A stretch of DNA of 64,000 nucleotides from Sedimentisphaerales bacterium (GCA_049518795.1 JBEKRK010000001.1:654477-718476); one strand, 5' to 3'. Positions 9,795-20,290 are shown, counted from the first letter of the stretch. Translations and numbers: made by a program. The notes: a model not told the origin generated them from the sequence alone.

Positions 9795-10265
9795 ATGGCG
9801 TCTCCTGAATTCCAGAAAGACCGTAATATGTCGAGGAACTTATCAGCAAGTCGATCAGACGCAATACAAATCATTGTTTTTACGTTTATCTTGGTGGTCA
9901 TTGCATTTTTTGTTCACTTGAAGTACGGTCCTTTCTTTGTGCAAGTCATATGGGTCGATCGGATTCTTTTTGTCTGCTTTGGGGTTCTACTGGGAGAGAA
10001 TTCCTCACGTTTTGAGTGGCTCCATAGAAAGAAAAGGCAGGGTGTTCTACCGTCGGAGACAATGAGTCTCATGCAGAATCTTGAGGTTAAATTAGTTGCC
10101 TACTGTATTAGTGGCTATATACTCTATAAGGTGCTTGGTTTGACAATTGGTCAAGGCAAAGCGCTCTTAGTTGGGCTTATTCTGACGTTTGGATTAGTTC
10201 GGTGGGAGCTTAAGCGAATTTTCAGCACCATACCGAACTCCAAAAATATGGGGAAAAAGGAGTGA
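9795..10265 (+). CDS. hypothetical polytopic membrane protein (about 4 TM), first gene of the hisC/hisB insert
   Basis: Long ORF with hydrophobic segments. I chose the ATG at 9795 (SD-like aaggga upstream) because a consensus promoter lies inside the longer 9714 ORF call. Confidence 0.5.
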   Translation: MASPEFQKDRNMSRNLSASRSDAIQIIVFTFILVVIAFFVHLKYGPFFVQVIWVDRILFVCFGVLLGENSSRFEWLHRKKRQGVLPSETMSLMQNLEVKLVAYCISGYILYKVLGLTIGQGKALLVGLILTFGLVRWELKRIFSTIPNSKNMGKKE

Positions 10266-10694
10266 ATGAATGTGGAGAACCGAGTGATTTTAATTGCCGC
10301 AGCTCTCAGTGCATTATATTTCGGCGTGCAGTTTTTACGCATTTTGCCGATTTCTCTGCGTCTTGTTCAGGCATTGTGGATAGGTAAGGTTCGTTGGCCA
10401 GGGTCTCCGACTCACGATCCAGATTCCAGAATAAGACTGGCAGAACAGTGGCTATGTAGTCCGCCACAATACCTCTTTCCATCCTTTTTCAAGCATGCAT
10501 TGGGCGTCTTGGCTGCCTTTGTACTATCCACCATAATCACTTTGAATTATTTCTTCTTCTGGCTTGTTCCCTTACCCGGAAGGGACTGGATTGTATTTGG
10601 ACTTCTGCTATTTGCTGTCGTTATTGGTGGGTGTTTATATCTCAAGCGAGCCCTATACTATTTGCAGATCATTAAAACAATGTTATCAGAGTAA
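10266..10694 (+). CDS. hypothetical membrane protein (about 3 TM)
   Basis: Its ATG directly abuts the stop of the previous gene (tgaATG). Three hydrophobic helices; no recognisable motif. Confidence 0.5.
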   Translation: MNVENRVILIAAALSALYFGVQFLRILPISLRLVQALWIGKVRWPGSPTHDPDSRIRLAEQWLCSPPQYLFPSFFKHALGVLAAFVLSTIITLNYFFFWLVPLPGRDWIVFGLLLFAVVIGGCLYLKRALYYLQIIKTMLSE

Positions 10695-10709
10695 TAGGAG
10701 AATAAAAGA

Positions 10710-11420
10710 ATGGATAATGCAATTGATTCTAAGATTCTCGAAAAAGTTATGGAATCGCCACTAGTTGTTGACGACTTATGGCAAGCAAAACATGGTACTC
10801 CACAAGACCCGCACGGATTGAATGCATGCCTTCGTTTAGACAAACTTCTAGGTGGCACGGGAAAACCAGACAGTGATATTGCCATCGAATTAAGCTATAA
10901 TGCTGGTAATTATATAGATTTTCTTATGACGCCTGATGAATATCCTGAACATTTGAAAATGAAGGCCGACCGCGAATTCCAACCATTTGGAAAAGAACCG
11001 GAGTGGATAATTCCACAGGGCTTTCATAAGGATGGATGGTTTTGGGCTTCTTTCGATAAGTTAGTCAATAAGCAAATACAAGCTAAACTTAGGAGCCGAT
11101 TTTCTATGGCTTTAATAGCTATTGATAAACCAGCTCGAACCAGATATATATATCCTTGGCAACAGGCCGTCAGCGCCAATCATACATTAGCGGTTTGGAA
11201 CCCTTCGACTTTAGAGCCGATATTTATGAGAATTTCTTCATGTTATATTAAGATTAGGCACACAAAAGCTTACCAAGTACATTATAGCCAGCAAGGCCGT
11301 GAATGTATTAAAGTCCCGATTTTAATTAAACCTGGTTTTGAACAGATGTTTACGTTTCAGACAATTCTCTCAGGTGAAGAAAAAACTGTGTTTGACGCTT
11401 TTATATCAAATCTGGCATGA
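10710..11420 (+). CDS. hypothetical soluble protein, 236 aa, no recognisable domain
   Basis: Intact ORF 15 nt after the previous gene. Codon choices (cca, ggt, cta) look different from the flanking his genes. Confidence 0.55.
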   Translation: MDNAIDSKILEKVMESPLVVDDLWQAKHGTPQDPHGLNACLRLDKLLGGTGKPDSDIAIELSYNAGNYIDFLMTPDEYPEHLKMKADREFQPFGKEPEWIIPQGFHKDGWFWASFDKLVNKQIQAKLRSRFSMALIAIDKPARTRYIYPWQQAVSANHTLAVWNPSTLEPIFMRISSCYIKIRHTKAYQVHYSQQGRECIKVPILIKPGFEQMFTFQTILSGEEKTVFDAFISNLA

Positions 11421-11643
11421 ATTGCCGCAGATATGATATTTGGTTACCTTATGAAGAAGTGTCCTATAACCATAAGCTGACTGAAGCATAAGAAAACCTT
11501 ATCCCGTAATAATCAAACCGAATGTCCCATATTTTTAATTCGTCGCTTGTGTTGTGAATCTTGCGCCTTTTTGCGCTGAAAAAAATTCGTGCAATCCGCG
11601 AAATCTGCGGTTAAAATAAGCAAAACTTGATAAGGATACCTTT

Positions 11644-12228
11644 ATGAAAGAAAGAATCGCAAAAATAACGAGAAAAACAAAAGAAACGGACATCAGCGTT
11701 CAAATCAACCTCGACGGCGAAGGCAAATATGAAATAGATAGCGGCATAGGCTTTTTAGACCATATGCTCTGCCATCTGAGCAAACACAGCAAGATAGATT
11801 TGGTCCTTAAAGCAAAAGGCGACCTTGAAGTTGACCAGCATCACACGGTCGAAGATGTAGCGATATGCTTAGGAGAGGTGATTATCGAGGCGCTCGGCGA
11901 TAAAAAAGGCATCGCCCGCTATGGCAACAGCTCTGTGCCGATGGAAGATGCACTTGCGAATGTCGCTGTTGACCTTTCAGGCAGACCTTTCTGCGTTTAC
12001 AACGTGCAGTATAGAACGGAAAAGGTCGGCGATTTCGATGTCGAGTGCGTTGAGGAGCTACTGAGAAGTTTCTCAAATCACGGAAAGTTCAACCTGCATA
12101 TAACCGTGCCGCACGGCACAAACAGTCATCATATCGCTGAGGCAGTATTCAAGGCATTGGGACAGGCATTAGGACAGGCTGTTAAAATCAGCGGCAAGGA
12201 TATTCCAAGCACAAAGGGTTCGCTGTGA
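11644..12228 (+). CDS. hisB: imidazoleglycerol-phosphate dehydratase
   Basis: RKTKETDI, GFLDHML, DQHHTVED and NSHHIAEA motifs. Confidence 0.93.
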   Translation: MKERIAKITRKTKETDISVQINLDGEGKYEIDSGIGFLDHMLCHLSKHSKIDLVLKAKGDLEVDQHHTVEDVAICLGEVIIEALGDKKGIARYGNSSVPMEDALANVAVDLSGRPFCVYNVQYRTEKVGDFDVECVEELLRSFSNHGKFNLHITVPHGTNSHHIAEAVFKALGQALGQAVKISGKDIPSTKGSL

Positions 12229-12737
12229 ACGGCGATATAAACTACGAATATAGAACGGGTATCGGAACTGATATTCACCGCCTTGTTGAAGGCAGAGAGC
12301 TGAAACTTGGCGGCATAGCTGTTCCCTTTGAAAAAGGATTGCTCGCCCATAGCGACGGCGATGTCGCGCTGCACGCTTTGATAGATGCAATCCTCGGAGC
12401 AGCAGGGCTTGGCGATATAGGAACAATTTTCCCCGATAGCGACCCGCAGTTTAAAGATATAGACAGCAAGGAACTCGTCCTGAAAATCAAAGACTATATA
12501 GCCTCAAAAAACTGGGAAGTTGTAAACGCAGATATAACGATTACCGCTGAAGAACCAAACCTTGGGCCGTATAAAGCGCAAATGAAAAGATGTATTGCCA
12601 GCCTTTTGGGAATCGATTTTCTAAACGTAAATGTAAAAGCGAAAACAAACGAGGGTTTAGGTGATATAGGAACAGGGTTAGCAATATCAGCGATAGCTAC
12701 AGTATTATTAAGAAGAAGAATAAAAAGAACATTATAA
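12225..12737 (+). CDS. ispF: 2-C-methyl-D-erythritol 2,4-cyclodiphosphate synthase
   Basis: GTDIHRL, HSDGDVALHAL and GDIG motifs. Overlaps the hisB stop by 4 nt. Confidence 0.92.
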   Translation: MNGDINYEYRTGIGTDIHRLVEGRELKLGGIAVPFEKGLLAHSDGDVALHALIDAILGAAGLGDIGTIFPDSDPQFKDIDSKELVLKIKDYIASKNWEVVNADITITAEEPNLGPYKAQMKRCIASLLGIDFLNVNVKAKTNEGLGDIGTGLAISAIATVLLRRRIKRTL

Positions 12738-14167
12738 TGCCTCTGAAATTATATAACACGCTTACACGCAAAATCGAAGAATTTGTCCCGATGCAGCAAG
12801 GCAAAGTCGGGATGTATAGCTGCGGGCCGACGGTATATTCGCATCCGCATATAGGAAATTTCAGGAGTTTTCTCGTAGCTGATTTATTGAAGCGGTTCCT
12901 GGAATTCAAAGGCTTCAAAGTTACTCATATAATGAATATAACCGATGTCGGACACCTGGTTGACGACGCGGATGAAGGAGCCGACAAGCTTGAAGAAACT
13001 GCCAGAAAGCAAAAAAAAGACCCTTTAGAAATCGCAAAAGTCTATACTGACTCATTTATGGAGGCAAGCAGACTTCTTAATATAAAGCCTCCCAACAAAT
13101 TCCCGAAAGCAACAGAGCATATCAGCGAAATGATAGATATGATTAAAACCCTTATTGAAAAAGGGTACGCTTATGTTGTCGGGCATAATGTTTATTATGA
13201 TGTAACCAAGTTTCCCAATTACGGACAGCTTTCCGGTAATACCTTAGACGAATTAAACGCAGGCGCCAGGATTGAAGTTAATCCGGAAAAGAAAAATCCT
13301 CAAGACTTTGCTCTCTGGAAGCACGACCCGAAACATCTTCAGCAGTGGGACAGTCCGTGGGGCAGAGGATTTCCCGGCTGGCATATAGAATGTTCGGCAA
13401 TGAGCTCAAAATATCTGGGGGCGGAATTTGACATTCATACCGGCGGCGAAGACAACATTTTCCCGCACCACGAATGCGAAATCGCTCAATCAGAAGCGGC
13501 AAGCGGCAAAAAGTTTGTCCATTACTGGCTACATACACGATTTCTGGTTTTCAACGGCGAAAAAATGTCCAAATCAAAAGGCAACCTATACACAATTCAG
13601 GAACTTGTCGAGAAGGGTTTTAAGAAAAACGCCATACGGTATGCTCTTATCTCCTCGCATTATAAACAAAATTACAATTTTACTTTCGACGGTCTAAAAG
13701 CAGCCGAGCAGGCGATAGACAAAATACAGCAATGCGTTTTACATCTTGAAGATTTTCGCAAAAATAAAAAAGATGGTAAAATCAGAGAGCAGATACAAGA
13801 CCTGGTATCTGTCTGCCTGGCGGATTTCGATGAGGCTCTTTGTGACGATTTGAATATTTCAAAAGCCCTGGCTGTATGTTTTGATTTCCTTCGGGAAGTC
13901 AATAAGGTCAATGATATGAATTCGACCGAGGCCGGTGTCCTGCTCGATACCATTAACAAAATTGATTCGGTGCTCGGCGTTCTGGAAACCACAGGCCCGG
14001 AAGTGCCGAGTAAGATAATAGAGCTTGCTGAGAAGCGAAAGGCCGCTAAATTAAGCAAGGACTGGAAAACGGCCGATGCCGTGCGGTCAGAAATTTTGGC
14101 CGAGGGCTGGATAGTTGAAGATACTCCCGGCGGAGGCTACAGAATAAAACGCAGGGAGGAAGCTTAA
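12737..14167 (+). CDS. cysS: cysteine--tRNA ligase
   Basis: Class-I aaRS with HIGN and KMSKSKGN signatures. Opens [12 protein letters not shown] as is typical for CysRS. Confidence 0.95.
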   Translation: MPLKLYNTLTRKIEEFVPMQQGKVGMYSCGPTVYSHPHIGNFRSFLVADLLKRFLEFKGFKVTHIMNITDVGHLVDDADEGADKLEETARKQKKDPLEIAKVYTDSFMEASRLLNIKPPNKFPKATEHISEMIDMIKTLIEKGYAYVVGHNVYYDVTKFPNYGQLSGNTLDELNAGARIEVNPEKKNPQDFALWKHDPKHLQQWDSPWGRGFPGWHIECSAMSSKYLGAEFDIHTGGEDNIFPHHECEIAQSEAASGKKFVHYWLHTRFLVFNGEKMSKSKGNLYTIQELVEKGFKKNAIRYALISSHYKQNYNFTFDGLKAAEQAIDKIQQCVLHLEDFRKNKKDGKIREQIQDLVSVCLADFDEALCDDLNISKALAVCFDFLREVNKVNDMNSTEAGVLLDTINKIDSVLGVLETTGPEVPSKIIELAEKRKAAKLSKDWKTADAVRSEILAEGWIVEDTPGGGYRIKRREEA

Positions 14168-14676
14168 TGAAGATTCTCGGCATAGACCCCGGCTTGCAGG
14201 TTTGCGGATATGCCGTGATTGAAGCCGACAGAAACCAATTTAAACTTCTTGAAGCAGGCGTTTGCAGGACAAACTCGAAATTACCGATTGAGAAAAGATT
14301 ATTGCAGATAGTACAGGATATAAATTCGCTGATTGAAAAATTTAGGCCGGCCTGCGTCGCGGTTGAGGATTTGTATTCTCATTATGCCCATCCGAAAACA
14401 GCGATATTGATGGGGCACGCAAGAGGCGTTATACTTGCACAGGCCTGCAAAGACGGAACAGACGTCAAGAGTTTCGCCGCGACAAGAATTAAAAAATCGC
14501 TGACTGGCAACGGCAGAGCATCTAAATTGCAGATGCAAAGGAGTATAAAAAGTCTCCTCGGTCTTGCAAAGATGCCTGAACCGGCAGATGTCGCCGATGC
14601 GATTGCGACGGCGATTTGCTGTGCCAACTCACTTGATAACAAGGGTATCTATCGCCTGATGAAAGGGCTGCTATGA
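14167..14676 (+). CDS. ruvC: crossover junction endodeoxyribonuclease RuvC
   Basis: Opens ILGIDPGL, followed by an RNase-H-like fold pattern. 169 aa. Confidence 0.9.
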   Translation: MKILGIDPGLQVCGYAVIEADRNQFKLLEAGVCRTNSKLPIEKRLLQIVQDINSLIEKFRPACVAVEDLYSHYAHPKTAILMGHARGVILAQACKDGTDVKSFAATRIKKSLTGNGRASKLQMQRSIKSLLGLAKMPEPADVADAIATAICCANSLDNKGIYRLMKGLL

Positions 14677-15854
14677 AAAAACAAGTTAAAAAGGCAGGTT
14701 TCTCCACTACGGCTGTGCATGCCGGCGAAATACGCTACAATGAATACGGCTCAATAACCACACCTATTGTCCAGACATCCACGTTTATTTTCAAAAACAT
14801 CGATGAGATAAAAAAACTTGCCCAAGGCGCGATCGACAGATTCGAATACGGCCGATACGGCCATCCGACACAGGTCGCTGCCGAGCGAAAACTTGCCGCT
14901 CTCGAAAATGCTGAGGATGCCGTGCTGTTTTCTTCGGGAATGAGTGCTATAACAACCACCCTTTTCGCGCTGCTAAAGGCAGGCGACCATATCATAATAA
15001 CAGACGATGCCTATAAACGGACACTCGATTTCTGCTTGAGCTGTCTCGACAGATTTGATATCGAATGTATGGTTGTGAAAATGGGCGATTATGAAGCGAT
15101 AGAAAAGGCGATAAAACCAAATACGAAGCTTTTCTTTTCCGAATCGCCGACAAATCCATATCTAAATATAATGGATATGGAACGGCTGATGGGCATTTTC
15201 AAGGGAAAAGGCATACTTGTCATATCGGACAGCACTTTCGCAACGCCTTACAATCAAAGACCGCTGGAATACGGGATCGACTTGGTCATACACAGCGGTA
15301 CCAAATATCTCGGCGGGCACAACGACCTTCTCAGCGGCGTTGTGCTGGGAAGAAAAGAATTGACCAACGTCGTTCGTGAATATCTCAAGATAACGGGCGG
15401 CTGCATCGACCCGCATTCTTCTTATCTTCTAATCCGCGGCCTGAAAACATTCGAACTCCGTATGCAGCGTCATAACGAGAGCGGCCAAAAGGTCGCTGAA
15501 TATCTTGAGAGCCATCCAAAAGTCAAACGCGTATATTATCCGGGCCTTAAAAGCCATCCGCATTATGAAATTGCGAAAAAACAAATGAAAGGCTTCGGCG
15601 GTGTGGTTACATTCGAAGTGGAAGATAATGTTTCGTATGCCCTGGAGTTTTTAAGCCGGCTGAAAATCATAAACATCGGACCAAGCCTCGGTGGTGTGGA
15701 ATCGCTCGTAACGCACCCCGCTACGATAAGCTACTACGGCATAACCAGAGAAGAACGCCTGGCATTAGGCATCAAAGACGGACTTATCAGGCTTGCGGTC
15801 GGGGTAGAAAATGTGGAAGATATTATAGAAGATATAAAACAGGCATTATTGTGA
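14673..15854 (+). CDS. PLP-dependent Cys/Met metabolism enzyme (cystathionine gamma-synthase / beta-lyase / gamma-lyase family)
   Basis: YGRYGHPT, and SGTKYLGGH with the PLP lysine. 393 aa. Confidence 0.85.
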   Translation: MKKQVKKAGFSTTAVHAGEIRYNEYGSITTPIVQTSTFIFKNIDEIKKLAQGAIDRFEYGRYGHPTQVAAERKLAALENAEDAVLFSSGMSAITTTLFALLKAGDHIIITDDAYKRTLDFCLSCLDRFDIECMVVKMGDYEAIEKAIKPNTKLFFSESPTNPYLNIMDMERLMGIFKGKGILVISDSTFATPYNQRPLEYGIDLVIHSGTKYLGGHNDLLSGVVLGRKELTNVVREYLKITGGCIDPHSSYLLIRGLKTFELRMQRHNESGQKVAEYLESHPKVKRVYYPGLKSHPHYEIAKKQMKGFGGVVTFEVEDNVSYALEFLSRLKIINIGPSLGGVESLVTHPATISYYGITREERLALGIKDGLIRLAVGVENVEDIIEDIKQALL

Positions 15855-15863
15855 TAGCTGATT

Positions 15864-16493
15864 ATGATTGCACGGATAGAAGGAAAACTTGTTAATCTCG
15901 CCAGCGATACGGCACTTGTGCAAATCGGACAGATTTGCTATGAGATACTTTTGCCGGGCTATCTTGCGAGTTTTCTTTCCAGTAAAATCGGACAGGATAT
16001 CACGCTTTGCATTATGGAATATTACGAAGGCAATATGGCAGGCGGAAATCTTGTGCCGCAAATGGTTGGTTTTTTAACGCCTGGCGAAAAGGATTTTTTC
16101 AAACGCTACACATCTGTCAGCGGTATTGGAATTAAAAAAGGTCTGAAATCCCTGGCTTTGCCGATTGCAACAATAGCCTCGGCAGTGGAAAACAGCGATG
16201 AAAAAACGCTTATCGCCCTGCCGGGAATCGGTAATAGACTTGCTCAGCATATAATAGCCGAATTAAAAGGAAAATTAGCGAATTTTGCTGTGGGTGAATC
16301 CGCGAAAGGTCTTCAGGAGCCTGCATTTAAAGCTTATCAGATTGAAGCGCTTGAGATTTTGATTGCCTGGGGCGAAAAACGGATTGAGGCAACCGAGCTT
16401 ATCAATTTGGCGTGCAAGAAGCATCCACAAATTAAAACCGCAGAAGAACTTGTGCCGCTGGTGTATAGAATAAAGCAAGGGATTGAGGTGTAA
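15864..16493 (+). CDS. ruvA: Holliday junction DNA helicase subunit RuvA
   Basis: Opens MIARIEGKL; helix-hairpin-helix region LIALPGIGNRLAQHII. Confidence 0.88.
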   Translation: MIARIEGKLVNLASDTALVQIGQICYEILLPGYLASFLSSKIGQDITLCIMEYYEGNMAGGNLVPQMVGFLTPGEKDFFKRYTSVSGIGIKKGLKSLALPIATIASAVENSDEKTLIALPGIGNRLAQHIIAELKGKLANFAVGESAKGLQEPAFKAYQIEALEILIAWGEKRIEATELINLACKKHPQIKTAEELVPLVYRIKQGIEV

Positions 16494-16496
16494 AAA

Positions 16497-17531
16497 ATGG
16501 CGATAGACAGGGTATTGAACTCTGATTCGATGAACGAGCAGGAAGAGAATTTTAACGCTTCGCTGCGGCCGACAAAATTTGTCGAATGTGTAGGCCAGGA
16601 GAACGTCAAAGAAAAACTGGCTATCGCTATCGCTGCCGCTAAAAAGCGAGGCGAACCTTTAGACCATATTCTCTTTTACGGCCCGCCGGGGCTTGGCAAA
16701 ACCACTCTTGCTCACGTTATCGCAAATGAAATGAACGCAAAAATAAAGACCACTTCCGGCCCGGCACTTGTAAAACAAGGCGATGTGATGGGTCTTTTGA
16801 GTAATATAAACACAGGCGACATTCTCTTTATCGATGAAATACATCGATTAAGCACGCCGGTTGAGGAATTTATATATCCCGCGATGGAGGAATTCAGGAT
16901 CGATTTTACGGTTGACAGCGGGCTTCACGCAAAGACGATAAATTTCCCATTGAAGCGATTTACCCTCATCGGCGCGACAACACGGGCAGGTCTTTTGAGC
17001 GCGCCGCTCAGGGGCAGGTTCGGGATGTTGTATCATCTTGAATTTTACAGTGCCGATGAGCTGGCGAAGATTCTTATCCGCTCGGCAAAATTGCTTAACT
17101 TATCCTGCCAAGATGGCACACTTGAGCTAATCGCATCGCGCAGCCGCGGCACGCCGAGAATTGCAAACCGGCTTTTAAAAAGGGTCCGTGACTACGCACA
17201 GGTCAAAGGAAAAGGCAAACTCACAGATGATATTGTCGGAAATGCTTTGCAGATGGAGCAAATCGACGAACTCGGTCTTGATGAGTTAGACAGGTCGTTT
17301 TTGAGAGCGATTGCAAATGTCTATAACGGCGGGCCGGCTGGTATTGAGGCATTGGCTGCAACACTTGGCGAAGAAAAAGATACGCTTGAAGACGTTGTAG
17401 AGCCGTATTTATTACAGATTGGATTTGTCCGCAGAACAAAAAGGGGCAGGGAAATAACCGATTCGGCTTGCAAACATTTGGGGATTAAGCTAAAAGAAAA
17501 AACTCAGCAGGAAACAAGCGAATTATTTTAG
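16497..17531 (+). CDS. ruvB: Holliday junction DNA helicase RuvB
   Basis: LRP..F.E.VGQE, Walker A GPPGLGKTT, Walker B ILFIDEIHRL, and RGTPRIANRLL. Confidence 0.96.
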   Translation: MAIDRVLNSDSMNEQEENFNASLRPTKFVECVGQENVKEKLAIAIAAAKKRGEPLDHILFYGPPGLGKTTLAHVIANEMNAKIKTTSGPALVKQGDVMGLLSNINTGDILFIDEIHRLSTPVEEFIYPAMEEFRIDFTVDSGLHAKTINFPLKRFTLIGATTRAGLLSAPLRGRFGMLYHLEFYSADELAKILIRSAKLLNLSCQDGTLELIASRSRGTPRIANRLLKRVRDYAQVKGKGKLTDDIVGNALQMEQIDELGLDELDRSFLRAIANVYNGGPAGIEALAATLGEEKDTLEDVVEPYLLQIGFVRRTKRGREITDSACKHLGIKLKEKTQQETSELF

Positions 17532-17553
17532 AAATAAAAACAATCTAAAGGGA

Positions 17554-18519
17554 ATGAAAATGAGAAAAACTGCTTCACTGATTTTATCGTCTGTTTTTGT
17601 GATATTCGCGGCGGCAGGCTGCCAGCAGTCCGCAAAACAAGCGGCAGGCAAGCCGGCTCTTGCCGGCGAACAATTAGTCAATGTTTATTATCTTGCAGGC
17701 AGACTCGGAATGACACTGTCTCTAACGAGCAAGGAAAAAGTAATATTTAACGACGGCGTAAATACCGTAACAATTCTTACAAATCAGGACCAGGTTTTCG
17801 TCAACAGCGATTCCATCGGCCAGCTCGGCAAAACAAAAATTATTGATGATTTGCTTAATGTCAGAAGTTCTCTTGAAGATGAAATAAAAAGCAAACTTAC
17901 AAAATCCATAATTGAAAAACCGGCGCCTATTGTTCCGAAACTCCAAAAACAGGTTGAGAAACCTGTTACAAATTTTTCTAATAAAACTATCGTAATTGAC
18001 CCAGGCCACGGCGGAAAAGACCCCGGCGCTACAAGCACCTACGGTTATGAGGAAAAAACCGTCAATCTCGATGTCGCTTTACAGATAGCACAGATGTTAC
18101 GCGACAAGGGATTAAAAGTTATAATGACCCGTAATAATGATGAGTTTATCGAACTCGAAGAACGGGCTAACATCGCCAATCGAAACTGGGCCGATGTTTT
18201 TGTAAGCATTCACTCGGATTCTTCCGAAAAGAGCAATAAAAATGGCTTTACTGTTTATATTAGAAGGAGTGGTTCATCGGAATCTTCAAGACTTGCAAGG
18301 GCTATTAATCATCGTATGGCTCAAACTGATATAAGCAGCAATGGCGTTAATAGCGCCGATTACAGGGTTCTGACACATACGAGCTGCCCTGCCGTTTTGG
18401 TTGAGCTGGGGTATTTATCAAACTACTGGGAAGCAAAACAGCTTAAAAATACCGGAAAACAAAGACAACTTGCACAGGCAATCTCCGACGGCATAATTGA
18501 TTTTATATCCAAAGAATAG
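17554..18519 (+). CDS. N-acetylmuramoyl-L-alanine amidase (Amidase_3), probable lipoprotein
   Basis: Signal peptide with a lipobox-like AAGC. Catalytic-domain motifs IVIDPGHGGKDPGA and SIHSDS. Confidence 0.85.
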   Translation: MKMRKTASLILSSVFVIFAAAGCQQSAKQAAGKPALAGEQLVNVYYLAGRLGMTLSLTSKEKVIFNDGVNTVTILTNQDQVFVNSDSIGQLGKTKIIDDLLNVRSSLEDEIKSKLTKSIIEKPAPIVPKLQKQVEKPVTNFSNKTIVIDPGHGGKDPGATSTYGYEEKTVNLDVALQIAQMLRDKGLKVIMTRNNDEFIELEERANIANRNWADVFVSIHSDSSEKSNKNGFTVYIRRSGSSESSRLARAINHRMAQTDISSNGVNSADYRVLTHTSCPAVLVELGYLSNYWEAKQLKNTGKQRQLAQAISDGIIDFISKE

Positions 18520-18528
18520 CGGACAATT

Positions 18529-19341
18529 ATGATATTACATAATGTTCCAGCGGCATTCGGCCTGACACTGCTTGCAGGGCTTTCGACCGGCATCGGAAGC
18601 GCAACGGCCTTCTTTGCCAAAAGGACCAGCACCAGATTTCTCTCGACATCGCTGGGCTTTTCGGCAGGTGTTATGATTTATGTCTCCCTGGTTGATATAT
18701 TTGCACAGGTAAAAACCGATCTGATTGCCGAACTGGGACCGGCAAAAGGCTACTGGGCAACAGTCGGAGCATTCTTTGCCGGTGTTTTTATAATGTCAGT
18801 TATTGATAAACTAATACCGGCAGTGGATAACCCCCACGAATTACGAAGCACCGAAATGAGCGATTATCCCGGAACAGCATCGCTAGACCGCGGTCTGTAT
18901 CGCACCGGATTATTTACTGCTATTGCAGTTGCGATACATAACTTTCCTGAAGGCCTTGCGACTTTTGCTTCATCTCTTATAAACCTGCGGCTTGGCATAC
19001 CAATTGCCATTGCCATAGCTATTCACAATATACCAGAAGGGATTGCGGTCTCAGTGCCGCTGTTCTACGCAACAGGCAATAGAAAAAAAGCGTTCTGGTT
19101 TTCTTTTCTTTCCGGTCTTGCCGAACCTGCCGGCGCGGTGATAGGATATTTCATCCTCCTTAAAACTCAAAGCAATGTTATGTGCAATGCCATATTTGCC
19201 GCTACAGGCGGCATAATGGTATTTATCTCCATCGATGAGCTTTTGCCGGCTGCGGAAAAATACGGTAAACATCATTATGCTGTTTATGGTTTTGTCGCAG
19301 GTATGATTGTAATGGCGATAAGTCTGTTATTATTTGTGTAA
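18529..19341 (+). CDS. zupT: ZIP-family zinc transporter ZupT
   Basis: Polytopic, with a repeated HNFPEG / HNIPEG metal-binding signature. Confidence 0.88.
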   Translation: MILHNVPAAFGLTLLAGLSTGIGSATAFFAKRTSTRFLSTSLGFSAGVMIYVSLVDIFAQVKTDLIAELGPAKGYWATVGAFFAGVFIMSVIDKLIPAVDNPHELRSTEMSDYPGTASLDRGLYRTGLFTAIAVAIHNFPEGLATFASSLINLRLGIPIAIAIAIHNIPEGIAVSVPLFYATGNRKKAFWFSFLSGLAEPAGAVIGYFILLKTQSNVMCNAIFAATGGIMVFISIDELLPAAEKYGKHHYAVYGFVAGMIVMAISLLLFV

Positions 19342-19345
19342 ATAA

Positions 19346-20290
19346 ATGAATCCTTATCCCCTGAAATTCAGACCGATTTACAAAGAGCTTATCTGGGGCG
19401 GCGATAAGCTGAAAAAATTCTTCGGCAAAGATATTCCTGCAGGTAAAAAAATCGGCGAAAGCTGGGAACTTGCCGATTTGCCAAATGGCAAATCTATTAT
19501 CACAAACGGCGAATTTGCCGGCAAAACAATCACAGAAATTTTACAAAAATTTCCCCAGCAGCTTACGGGACAAAAAGAATATAAGCCCCTTTTCGGACTG
19601 CTTATAAAATTTATCGACGCTTGTGATGTTTTGAGCGTTCAGGTCCACCCCGATAAAGAAGCGGTAAAAAAACTCAAAACAGGAACGCCCAAAACCGAGT
19701 GCTGGTATATAATTGATAGCGAACCTAATGCCTGTATTTACAAAGGATTAAAGACAGGCACAACAAAAGAGCGGTTTGCCGCGTCGATAAAAAACGGCAC
19801 CTGTGTAGAACTTCTCAATAAAGTGCCTGTAAAACCGGGGCAGTGTCATTCTCTGCCTGCCGGCACTGTTCATGCAATAGGCGCAGGCATTCTAATTGCT
19901 GAAATTCAAACGCCTTCGGACACGACATTCCGCGTATTTGACTGGAACAGGCTTCAAAACAGCAAACCCCGGCAGCTTCATATAGCAGAGGCTCTTGAAA
20001 GTATCAATTTCAACCAGAAACCGGACGACCTGCCTATAACTACCAGCGGCAGACTTGTCGATACTGAATTTTTCAAGGTTGATAAAATCACGATACAGGC
20101 AGGCTCAAAAAGACAAATTCCCGAGGGGATAATGAAAGTCATTATCGTTATAAAAGGAGGCGGAAAAATAGAATCAAAAGATTCACAGGCTGTTGAATTT
20201 TCAAAAGGTCAGACAATCCTTCTGCCAGCTGCCTTTTCCGGCAATTTTCATTTCAACGATTATACCGAATATCTAACAACAATTCTGTAA
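19346..20290 (+). CDS. manA: class I mannose-6-phosphate isomerase
   Basis: 314 aa cupin with SWELADLPNG and LSVQVHPDK motifs. Confidence 0.8.
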   Translation: MNPYPLKFRPIYKELIWGGDKLKKFFGKDIPAGKKIGESWELADLPNGKSIITNGEFAGKTITEILQKFPQQLTGQKEYKPLFGLLIKFIDACDVLSVQVHPDKEAVKKLKTGTPKTECWYIIDSEPNACIYKGLKTGTTKERFAASIKNGTCVELLNKVPVKPGQCHSLPAGTVHAIGAGILIAEIQTPSDTTFRVFDWNRLQNSKPRQLHIAEALESINFNQKPDDLPITTSGRLVDTEFFKVDKITIQAGSKRQIPEGIMKVIIVIKGGGKIESKDSQAVEFSKGQTILLPAAFSGNFHFNDYTEYLTTIL

